Source: Octopus sinensis
Lineage: Eukaryota
Assembly (NCBI RefSeq): GCF_006345805.1
Contig: NC_043008.1
Span: 6,200,001 to 6,264,000, forward strand
Length of the DNA: 64,000 nt
Reading direction: 5' to 3'
The notes beneath the pieces are model-generated. The model was not told the DNA's origin. It worked only from the letters and a program-made list of their open reading frames with translations, and made no database searches. The position numbers were made by a program, and so were the translations under genes. Shown in pieces: positions 53,643 to 64,000 of the stretch (positions are counted from its first letter, which is position 1; every line of letters begins with the position of its first letter).

Positions 53643-53677
<35 letters not shown>

Positions 53678-53709
53678 TATATACTAATAATAATAATAAT
53701 AATAATATG

Positions 53710-53787
<78 letters not shown>

Positions 53788-53875
53788 TGATAATAATAAT
53801 AATGATAATAATAATAATAATGATAATAATAATAATAATAATTAATAATAATATAATAATAATAATAATAATATA

Positions 53876-53917
<42 letters not shown>

Positions 53918-53941
53918 TAATAATATAATACTAATAATAAT

Positions 53942-53972
<31 letters not shown>

Positions 53973-53990
53973 AAACAATAATGATAATAA
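53170..53990. repeat. ~820-bp (AAT)n microsatellite with GAT/AT/ACT interruptions
   Basis: Direct reading. Confidence 0.95.
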
Positions 53991-54019
53991 CCAGCCCCTG
54001 TGGGATGGGATAGGAAAGT

Positions 54020-54295
54020 TATGGGGCATGAGGAAAGTAATGGTGATACCGGTGGTAACTGGAGCATTAGGGCAGTTTCCAAGGGCTTTTGAAAGACATA
54101 TTAAAAATATTGGAGATGCTGACAGGCTCCAAGTGATTAAGAAGACAGCATTGCTGGGTAAAGCTTGTATTTTATGGAGAGTATTGTCTCTTTGGGTCAC
54201 AGGAGAAGGCACCACTTGAAACCTTTGGTGATTTGATATTGCCTGCTTTTATGTAAAGGGTAACTGGTAATTAAGAACTGTCCAAGAGTCTTTCA
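54020..54295 (+). mobile_element. R4/Dong-clade non-LTR retrotransposon, 3' end of ORF and 3' UTR
   Basis: KVMVIPVVTGALGQFPRAFERHIKNIG..LQVIKKTALLGKACILWRVL matches the C-terminus of REL-endonuclease elements; ends in simple-repeat tail. Confidence 0.8.
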
Positions 54296-54339
54296 GAACA
54301 ACAACAACAACAACGATTATGATGATGATGATGATGATG

Positions 54340-54369
<30 letters not shown>

Positions 54370-54370
<1 letters not shown>

Positions 54371-55350
54371 TATACAAAATAAGAGATTTAGAACAAAGCC
54401 AGGCGTAGAAATACTTAGAAATCGAGGAAATAGATATAGCACAGAACATTCAAATGAAAGAGAAGATAAGGAAGAACTACCATAGATGAGTTAATTATTT
54501 AAAACAGAGCTCAATGCTAAAAAAGAGATAATAGGTATTAACACTTAAGCTGTCTCAGTTAAAAGTTACAGTTGCAATATTCTTAATTGGACACTAAATG
54601 AAGTAACCAAACTAGAGAGGAAAACAAGAAAAATTATGACATAATTTGGGACACACCACTGAAAATCTGACATAGAAAGGTTATATATACGATGAATTGA
54701 AGGTGGTAGAAGCCTGATACAATTAGAAAAATATTACAAAATAACCACCATAGGATTACAGAAATATCTAATTCAGAAGCAAGGAAAACTAGTACAAATG
54801 GCCACAAAACACGAACAAAACAAAAAAACTATTTTCTGTTTTTAAGAAAGCCAAAAAAAAAGAAAAAAAAAAGAAAGAAGAAAGAAGTCATAGTCCTGAC
54901 AACTGTGAAGAAAAAGAAAAAAGGAACAAAAGCTGTAAAATAAGGGAAATCCAAAATAAACTGAAATAACAAGGTAATATGATAAAATGATGGCAAGAAA
55001 AACCCTTAAATGGCAGATACTGGGATGAGCTAAACAGAACAGAAACAAAGGGAAATTCTAACAATGGTTGAGAAGCTCAGGACTCAGACCAGAAACTGAA
55101 AGGATTTTACTTGCAGCACAAGATCAAAGCCACCCCACCAGAAACACTTAATGAAGAAAAATACAACTGCAGAATATGTAGTGATGGGGAAGAAACAATA
55201 AATCATATTGTCCCTTGCTGCCTGGTCCTGGCTAAGAAGGAATATATGCACAGACAGAATGGGTTGGGACCTATATACACTGGAATCTATACCAGCGCAA
55301 TGGAATAACAACAGAAAAAAGATGGTGTAGGCACACCTCAGAAAAGGTTG
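54370..55350 (+). mobile_element. R4/Dong-clade retrotransposon, decayed late-RT/thumb and CCHC region
   Basis: Broken frames read KYL..QMKEKIRKNY..KTELNAKK.IIGINT..NWTLNEVTKLERKTRKIMT..HH.KSDIERLYI...GGRSL; WLRSSGLRPETERILLAAQDQS; CRICSDGEETINHIVPCC; IHWNL..RW.RHT.EKV.EN. Confidence 0.85.
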
Positions 55351-55569
55351 CAGAAAATAACTGTCTCTATTGCTAAACTGTCAGCAACAAACTAAAATAA
55401 ACATGTTGAAGGAACAAACAAATGTGTTCCACTCTCAATTAGATGAAATATTTTTACACACATACACACACACAACCACGCATACACACACCTAGACACA
55501 GACTCACACACAGAGACCCACATCCCTATCAACACACACACACACACACATCCAATATGTGGAACCATT

Positions 55570-55752
55570 AATGACCAACTGTTTTTTTTCTCTCTCTCAG
55601 TTTTTTTTTTCCTCTCATCCCATTCTGCTGAAGAGCATAAGCTCGAAACATCAAAGACTTTTTCACTTTTTTACCTGAGCATCAAACTAATACACCTGCT
55701 TGCTGTCCCCACACCACCTGTCTCTGCCTTTTGTTTTCTGTACATTTGAACT
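55570..55752 (+). mobile_element. Family P4 repeat
   Basis: Homologous to the reverse complement of 25150-25345. Confidence 0.6.
55621..55656 (+). ncRNA. Hammerhead-like motif with A6 substitution (family P4)
   Basis: catt CTGCTGA a gagc-ataa-gctc GAAA c atc aaag; sister copy at 25246-25280 (-) reads cttt CTGTTGG a gagc-atag-gttc GAAA tgta aag. Confidence 0.35.
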
Positions 55753-55916
55753 CTGTCTGTCTGTCTGTCTCTCTCTCTATATCATCATCATCATTTAACG
55801 TCCGCCTTCCATGCTGGCATGGGTTGGATGGTTTGACAGGAGCTGACCAGGCAGAAGCCTGCACCAGACTTCTCTGTCTGTTTTGACACGGTTTTTACAG
55901 CTGGGTGCCCTTCCAT

Positions 55917-55950
<34 letters not shown>

Positions 55951-56467
55951 GCATGCACAAAACAAACACATGTATTGAGAGAGAAATAGAGAGGGAGGGA
56001 GAGAGAATCGAAAGGGAGTGAGAAGAGAGTGAGAGATGGGAAAGTTATATAGACAAAGTAATGTACAGATAAATGGCCAGTTAGAGAGAAGAAAAGCAGA
56101 AGGAAAGAATGGGTGGGTGGATGGAGAAGAGGAGAAGGAAGAGGAGGAGAAGACAATTTTATTCCAATCTTCACACAATATCTATATTTATGAGAACAGT
56201 TTGAGACAAATTATCGATCAGTGATCAAATCTATGTCATTTCCTATGAAAGTGTAACATTTAAATTATTGCTGCAAAAAGTGGGTCTACCTACACAGGAG
56301 GAATATAAATGGCCGATTATGGAACCAGCCTCTCGTGAGACAGATGTGTGTGTGTGTGTGTATGTGTGTGCATGTGCATGCGTGTATGTATGTGTGTGTA
56401 TGTGTGTGTAGACGTCCTCATATGCTTCGTTTAGTATAATTATAGTCTGTTCATAAATCTATATATA

Positions 56468-56527
<60 letters not shown>

Positions 56528-56663
56528 TATATATATATATATGTAAATATATATATGTATATACTCATATTTGTTTGAGTGTATAAAAATTTGAATGTGT
56601 GTGTGTGAGCATGTTATGGTGTCCACATATGTGTATAATTATATGTGTATGTAATTATATACT

Positions 56664-56694
<31 letters not shown>

Positions 56695-56859
56695 ATCCCT
56701 GTCAGTACATACTAGTGTGTGCTTATGAATGAGTTTGCTGAATTTATTTCCAGCACAGTTATGAGGTACTTGAACATGGTCAGTTCTCCTCTCCACCTTT
56801 AAAAAGAACCACCTCCACCACCACCACTGCCACTACGCTCTTCATCAACCTCATCGTTG

Positions 56860-56906
56860 TTCTCAATATGCTATGCTATATATTTACACAGATATGCAGG
56901 CCATGT

Positions 56907-56950
<44 letters not shown>

Positions 56951-57052
56951 TACACATACATGTTTATATTATATATAATATACACACATACATACATACA
57001 TACATACATATATGTACATATATACATACATATGTGTGTGTATATATATGTA

Positions 57053-57114
<62 letters not shown>

Positions 57115-57235
57115 CATATATATACAGGCATATAAATATATACATATATACATACATACAAATCTATACATATATATATGTGTTTGTGTGTATATATATA
57201 TATATGTATATGCACACACACACACATATTATGTG
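56860..57235. repeat. Compound (TA/CA/TACA)n microsatellite
   Basis: Direct reading; similar blocks at 1725-1860, 3450-3545, 39380-39625, 44900-45060. Confidence 0.95.
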
Positions 57236-57963
57236 TGTAGATTGAGCGAGAGAGAGAGAGAGCGAGAAGGAGAGAGTGAAAGAGAGAAAAAAAGAGCGTA
57301 AGAACAAAAAAGCAGACATCAAAATTTTAATATATATAAAGATTGTTTTTCATTATTTATTGATAAAGACAATATATTAGGAAAATTTCTTTTTGACAGG
57401 CTTAAATAATTATAAAGTGAAAGAGAGTAAAGAAGGAAAACGAAGGAAATGAGAAGTGTCTAGACATGTGTAAATATACGAAAACATAGTGACTGGTTCA
57501 TCATTTTCACTTGATAAATTCTACACACAAGCAAAGTATGGCTCTACTGTTAAACAACACAATTTCTTCTCTTACTCATCAATTTTTGGTTTTATTTGAC
57601 ATATTTTATGTTGTTTTTCTTCTTTTACTATAAAGCAAATGTTTTTTCTAAAGCAGACCATTTGATAACCAGAAACATAAACTGCCGATATATTTTGTCT
57701 CTACACGGAAGGTGTTGATTTTTTTTTTTCAAAGAATATAGGAAGCTACATGGTTGTTTAACTTCTGCTGACAATCTGCAGAGCTCTGTGATGAAACAGA
57801 TTCTAGCCATCATCACTTTTGACCATTTAGAGGTATGAAGCAGTACATTATCTAAAATGCTCTTTCTTTAAAATGATAAGATGTAATTTGAAGGATATTT
57901 AATTGCTGTTTCTAGCAAGTTGACAGGCCATATAGAGTCTCCCTCATTGCTCTGTATATGCAA

Positions 57964-58245
57964 TGAGTTGTTTGTTCCTTCTCGAGCCACGCCTGGCTCA
58001 TAAGAGTTGGTTTCCCAGTTTCCTTGGTGTATAGGTTCCCCACCTGGATGGCACACCGGTCCGTCACAGGTGAGCTGCAAGATGCAGGAGGAAAGAGTGA
58101 GAGAAAGTTGTGGAGAAAGAGTCTGGAGCCGCGTGGAGCTTAGGTATTTCTCTCATAAACACACACATTGCCCAGTCTGAGATTCGAACCCGCGACCCAT
58201 CAACCAAGAGTCCACTGTTCTAACCACTAGGCCATGTGCCTTCAC
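57964..58245 (-). mobile_element. SINE family B with 8-bp TSD inside a tandem array
   Basis: atatgcaa at 57956-57963 and 58246-58253. Confidence 0.85.
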
Positions 58246-58492
58246 ATATGCAAGGAGAGGCTGTGATGAAACAGATTCTAGCCATCATCACTTTTGACCG
58301 TTTAGAGGTATGAAGCAGTGCATTATCTAAAATGCTCTTTCTTTAAAATGATAAGATGTAATTTGAAGGATATTTAATTGCTGTTTCTAGCAAGTTGACA
58401 TGCTATATAGAGGCTCCCACATTGATCTGTATATGCAAGGAGAGGCTGTGATAAAACACATTCAAGCCATCATCACTTTTGACCTTTTAGAG

Positions 58493-58840
58493 TAGGGGTT
58501 CTCATCCATTTTTCATCTATGTACCCCTTCGATTACTATTTTATTCTGGTGGACCCCTTAGCCATTTGATGTTTAAAATCTAGTTTTATAGGAACCCTTT
58601 TAAAAATTCCTAGTTTGTTTTTCACACATTAACTTGTGGAGTTTGAACTATTTAAAATGTTAGAGAAAGAAACCTGGCTGTTTCTTGCAATATGTACCAA
58701 TACATACATCTTAATCAAAATTTTTTCAGAGGCCCTCAAAATACTATCGTGGATCTGCAAATTACTATTTTCTTGCATGGACCCCCCAAAATCTCATATA
58801 GACCCTCAGGGGACATATGGACGCCAGCTGAAAACAATTG
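58493..58840. mobile_element. hAT-type MITE
   Basis: Ends taggggttctca and ctgaaaacaattg (degenerate TIRs); 8-bp TSD ttttagag (58485-58492) / ttttggag (58841-58848); interrupts unit 3 of the tandem array. Confidence 0.7.
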
Positions 58841-59754
58841 TTTTGGAGGTATCAAGGAGTATATTATTTAAAATGCTCTTTCTTTAAAATGATAAGATGT
58901 GATTTGAAAGATATTTGACTGGTATTTCTGGCAGGTCGACAGGCCACATAGAGGTTCCCTCATTGTTCTATTTATGCAATGTTTGAATGAGAGAACATAT
59001 TTATATCTTTAAAAAGGGAATCAGTAACATGAGGGAAGCATATGCATTTCAACTTTAATCAGAATTATAAAACAGAAACATAATTTCTGTTTTATAATGC
59101 TCACCACTTCGACAATGAAACAATAATTATTGGAGGAAAATCCTAACTGAGTTTTAGTTTTAAACTTCTGAGAATTTCAGGCTGCCATCGTCTGATTGTA
59201 AAATATCTCAGTCACACAATGAGATGGATTTAATTGGTGTTTTCATAATTTTGACAAATATTTTTGTATGCAGCAATAATTCAGTCATCCACCCCTCTCT
59301 CTCTGTCTCTCCCTCCCCCTTCTCTCTCTGTCTCTCCCCCCTCTCTCTCACATACATACAGATACATTGGTGACTTAAAAATTTTCTTTTCCACAACAAA
59401 CATTATAATTAAAGACTGACATTAGACTGGCTTTTAATTAGTCCCTATAAACAATAATTCAGGCAGACTGCTGCCTTTTGTGTCTACAGTTCTTGGGAGA
59501 TCTTAAACCTCTTTGGAAACTCTTGTTTAAGCTTGTAATTTTGCATCAACATAATGATAATCATCATCATTATAATAATCTTCATAGCTTTGTTTTAATT
59601 GATGTTTTAGCTGTCATCAGGGGTTGAAATATTCTCTGTGCAGTTTATTAAAAAAACAAGAAAGTCACTTGATAAATTGAACTTTTCTATGTAATAAGGA
59701 GAGAAAACGCTGAACTGAGTCAACAACGATCCCTTGAGGGTGCTTATTTTATAT

Positions 59755-60262
59755 AATAATAATGAAATTATTGTATGCAGTGCTCAGGAGCACCTCAACT
59801 TGTCAAAAGTGCATATAAAGCATATGCAGTAATGTACAAATGTCTGGAAAGTGAACAGTGTATGAGTCAGATACATGCTTGCATGTGTATGGAGGGGAGA
59901 AAATCAGGTGTAGTGTTGGCGAATCTCAGGAAGCATGGAAGTTTTGAAGGATGCAGTGCTCCGACAACTAACAACTGATGCCGGCAGTTTGTTCCATGCT
60001 TCAGCAACTTTTAGCGTGAAAAATGTTTCCCAAAGTCATGGGAGCTGTGCTGTTTTGTGACTTTGTAAACATGTCCACGGGTGTTAGACAGATGGAGTTT
60101 GAAAAGGTGCTCAGAGTTATTGTTAGTAAGATGGTTAATAATTTTATGGGTGTCTGCCAAGTCAGCTGCCAGATGTCAGAGTTTGAATATATCCATGCCC
60201 AGGGAAGTAAGGCGTTCAGAATTTGGCAAATGCCTGATGGAGGGTATTCTCTTGGTTGCATG
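59755..60262 (-). mobile_element. CR1-type LINE 3' fragment
   Basis: ATKRIPSIRHLPNSERLTSLG..DLADTHKII..LFKLHLSNTRGHVYKV..KHFFTLKVAEAWNKLPASVVSCRSTASFK, with one stop and one frameshift. Confidence 0.85.
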
Positions 60263-61407
60263 TCATATGTGTATGTGTGTTTGTGAATATCTTAAAGTAG
60301 AAAGTAAAAATGATCTGTGTGCCAAAGCTGTAAGAAACCATTTTAAATTCCTCTTCCTTTCCTCAACATATTGGGTTCTGATAAATCCAAGAATTCATAA
60401 ACTTGTATTGGAAACTGTATCTTTCTCTAACTATTTACTTTGTAATGGAGTGTAAAAACTAGCCATGTTCAATGTTGCAAGCTATTGATAGTTTCAAGTA
60501 AAGAATTATGCTGGAAGCAGAATTTGAGAAATTTACTGTCTACAAAGACAGTAACGTGTTTACAAAGACACTTTTTTCACTTCATAAAATGGTGAGGTGT
60601 GTCGTTGATGTGTTAAATTTGAGAATGTGAAATATGGTATGTTTAAGAAGATGAAAGAGGTTGAATGCAAAGAACAGAAATTAAATTTATTCTTAGCAAA
60701 ATGTGATATGAATTTGAGAGAAGAATTGTACATAAGATGACACAAAGAAAAACAATGCAAATATTAGAGAGAAAAATATGTCAGCATTGGTTAAGGTATT
60801 TGAGTAAAATATGTGATATGGCATTGGTTTTGAAAAACCTGCTGGTGAATGAGACTTGATTGTTAAAAAGTCATAATTTAGACAATGAAAAGTTGGAATA
60901 ATGTAGGTAAATGTGATGGAAGAGAGTTGCATTTTTTTTTATAAATTAAACATTATGCCAGTGAGGAAAAAAAATTTGAAATACACAATTAGCAGTTCAT
61001 CACTCACATGCATACACACGCTTCCACACATACACACATACATACACACACATATACACACACTTACACACGTCTTCAGACAACTGTTTCAATGCGTGAG
61101 AGTCTGCCAAAAGCTAACAATGTCTTCCATTCTTAAAATTGAAGCAGCGTTTAATTATTCTGCGAGTTCTAATATAATTATTTACCTCATCCAAAATAAT
61201 TTACACTTGGGTGAAGTGGAATGGCTTCAATAAGAAATTAAAAACTATGGTTTGCCAAAAAAAAAAAATGTTAAAAAAAAAAAAAGTCGTTGATAAAGGA
61301 TTGATTCCTTGGAGAAAATGCCATTGTCTCACAAGAGAGATGGCTGCCACAGAAATTAGTACCAGAAGCAGTTCTGAATTGGTACTTCAACTACTAACTC
61401 TTTGACA

Positions 61408-61440
61408 TCAGCAGCAACTGCAGTAGCAGCAGCAGCAGCG

Positions 61441-61483
<43 letters not shown>

Positions 61484-61764
61484 CAGTAGTAGTGGTAGCA
61501 GCAGTGGTAGCAGCAACAGCTACTGCACCAGTAATAGCAGTAGCAATAGTAGCAGCAGCTGCAGTAGTAGTGTTAGTAGTAGCAGCAGCAGCTGTATTAT
61601 TATTATTATTATTATTATTAGTAGTAGTAGTAGTAGTAGTAGTAATAGTAGTAGTAGTAGTAGTATCAGTAGTAGTAGTAGAAGCAGCAGTAGTAGTAGC
61701 AGCTGCAGTATTATTATTATTATTATTATTAGTAGTAGTAGTAGTTGTAGTAGCAGCAGCAGTA

Positions 61765-61807
<43 letters not shown>

Positions 61808-61825
61808 AGTAGTAGTAGTAGTGTT
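61408..61825. repeat. Compound (GTA/GCA/TTA)n microsatellite
   Basis: Direct reading; similar block at 49080-49441. Confidence 0.95.
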
Positions 61826-62317
61826 GTTAGTAACATCATCAGCTGTAGCTTTCTATTATAACAATATGGTTAACAACCTAATTAAAAGCCGCTAATCACC
61901 TGATTATTGTTCATTGATTACAGCAATTCTATTCAAGGTAAATCACATTCACTACGGACTGACACTTGTTGCTGTTGTTTGACCGGTTTCGTCCTGATTG
62001 AGCTATTCTATAAGGAAAAGCAATTCAGATGTGACCATCTAGAAAAAAAAACAAAAAACAACTGGTGCCCCCCACCTCAGCTACAATGATGAGGGTTCCG
62101 GCTAATCCAAAGAACGGAACAGCTTGCTCGTGAAATTAATGTGCAAGTGGCTGAGGACTCCACAGACATGCATACCCTTAATGGAGTTCTCGGGGAGATT
62201 CAGCATGACACAGAATTAGACCTGACCAAAGTCAACAGAACAACAATAACAACAGAACAACATCTGTCATACATTATTTACATTTGACGGATATTTGTCC
62301 TCATCTTGTTTGTTGTT

Positions 62318-62360
62318 AACACGTTTTGGCTGATATACCTTCCAACCTTCATCAGGTGTC
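62318..62360 (-). ncRNA. Degenerate minimal hammerhead motif (family P1)
   Basis: gacac CTGATGA a ggttg-gaaggtatat-cagcc AAAA c gtgtt. G12 is mutated and gtt is deleted; the 63028-63060 copy retains cagcc GAAA tgtt gtgtt, so the family consensus reconstructs a complete motif. Confidence 0.5.
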
Positions 62361-62406
62361 TTGGGGAAATTTGGGACCTGGGTTCTCATCCTAAGGTATT
62401 TTTCGA

Positions 62407-62407
<1 letters not shown>

Positions 62408-62445
<38 letters not shown>

Positions 62446-62891
62446 CATTGAGTGAGAGAGCAGTGCATGCCATCAAAGTGACACTGGGGTAAAATATACG
62501 AAGCCCAGTATGACCATCATGACTACTCGTCTGATAAGGGTACACCAGGCACATGCATCACAACCATATGTGCGCGACATGGTGATCTCATATCAAGATA
62601 AACAGCACATGACCTTACAGGTGGGGCCCAGTTAGAATTTTCTTCAGGTCGAGTAACCCATCCCGCTCAAAAGGTCCCTGAAGAAGGCTTGTTTAAGGAT
62701 GTTGAACGAAACATCCATGTTTCCAGAGGTGAATTATTCAAACCCCAAAGAATCCCTCTCAACACATGGCTATGATGCTCCTCCACAACTTCTGCTCTTG
62801 ATCAGAGATGTACATATCGTCAGCCACTGAGGGACATGCTCAACTGGTTACGGTCAAACAACTGACAAGCAAATCTGTAGTATTGAGCAGA

Positions 62892-62940
<49 letters not shown>

Positions 62941-63019
62941 TCACTGCTTGGAATCAAACTCGGAATCTTGGGGTTAGTAGCCTGTGTTCTTAACCACCAT
63001 GTCATATACCCGTGGGCAT
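62408..63019 (-). mobile_element. tRNA-headed SINE (family E) with internal and terminal (AAT)n
   Basis: Minus-strand head gacatggtggttaagaacacaggctactaaccccaagattccgagtttgattcc has A/B-box-like motifs, followed by (AAT)n, ~420-nt body and (AAT)n tail. Confidence 0.6.
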
Positions 63020-64000
63020 ATAATGCAGACTGGAGGGTATATCAGCCGAAATGTTGTGTTAACTACAAACAAGATGAGGACAGATATCCATCAAATGTAA
63101 ACAATGCACATAATTCCTCATCTCTTAAATATAGATCTGTAACATCTGTCATGTATTAATTATATTGAACATGATACTTATTTACTGTGAAGGGACATGG
63201 AAGATCTTGAGAAGTCTGCAAAACAATATCTAAGTTGCAATGTCCAATATTGGCTCTAGACTTGATCTCTTATGCTTCACGTAACTAACTGTAGAGCATG
63301 TGGGTGCGTATTTGTGTATATTAGTGGCTGTGTTTGTAAGTGTCTGTGTGTATTTGTCAGTGTCTGTGTGTGTTAGTAAGTGTGTGTGTGTGTATGCATG
63401 TCTGTGTGTTTGTGATGTTTGCCAATGCAAAGAGAGAGGCTATTAACCATCTTTATTTATAAATACCAGTTAGTAAATCTCCGTGGTTATATTTTAAAGT
63501 TCAGTGTGTAAGTTTTAGCAAGAACATACATATCGACAAAAAACCACTGAACTTTAATGTTACAATGTATCTATAATAATACAGCAGATTCTCGCAAACT
63601 TATAAAACAATATCAAAAAAAGAAAACGAATTATAAAAAAAAAACCCCACAAAAAAACAAGCAAAAGCTACTGGAACAGTGTTTAGAAAAGGCAGAATGT
63701 TGTTGATAATGATCGACTGGTATTTATATGTCAACATTCTAGTTTCAGAAGAAACCTTCTATGAGAGTTATTAAGTTTAGAGTAAAGCATAAGGAAAGCA
63801 GAGTATTATCTACCTGGGAAAGCAGTGACGTTGCTGTTGTTGTTGTTGCTGCTGTTGTTGTTATTGGTGGTGGTGGTGGTGGTGGTGGTGGTGTTGGTGG
63901 TGGTGATTAAAGTCTTAACATTATTTAGATCCCATTATCGTCATGCAACAGTACACATACACACACACGTATATATATTTATATATGTATGTATATATAT

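Larger units (their letters stand above)
57786..58981. repeat. Three ~185-bp tandem units with two nested insertions
   Basis: Units start ctgtgatgaaacagattctagccatcatcac at 57786, 58261 and (diverged) 58446. Confidence 0.85.
62271..63140. mobile_element. P1 divergent inverted pair with 12-bp TSD, interrupted by SINE E
   Basis: Left arm 62271-62408 (-), right arm 63028-63134 (+); aacatctgtcat at 62259-62270 and 63141-63152. Confidence 0.75.

Noticed and set aside
1236-57301. Dozens of ORFs rich in YI, CV, HT, poly-L, poly-I or poly-N
   Set aside because: Direct translations of (TA)n, (TG)n, (CA)n and (ATT)n microsatellites
62678-62723. CTGAAGA...GAAAC...GTTTC inside SINE E
   Set aside because: No stem I pairing; stem II register poor

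Overview
AT-rich, microsatellite-saturated eukaryotic genomic DNA. The repeat landscape is the one I associate with octopus/coleoid cephalopod genomes; this is inference, no search was run. I can support only one host-gene exon: a 214-bp minus-strand exon (15236-15449) with canonical AG/GT sites, encoding the C-terminal two-thirds of a Dpr/zig-8-like Ig domain. The rest of the window is therefore probably giant intron or intergenic sequence. It holds many copies of at least four tRNA-headed SINE groups (my labels A, B, C, E), decayed LINEs (RTE, RTE-X, CR1, R4/Dong), a hAT-type MITE, tandem duplications and long simple repeats. Almost all ORFs in the supplied track are microsatellite or SINE artefacts. 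The most unusual signal is four sequence-unrelated short repeat families (P1-P4) that carry the same minimal type-I hammerhead-ribozyme geometry. In the clearest cases (P1, P2) this is short stem I, YUGANRA core, one extra purine, stem II, GAAA, loop-less palindromic stem III; P3 and P4 fit less well. Three families occur as divergent fold-back insertions, two with 11-12 bp flanking direct repeats. One copy has an intact U3-A8 compensatory core looped out of its own hairpin. These look like non-autonomous Penelope-like or retrozyme-like elements.
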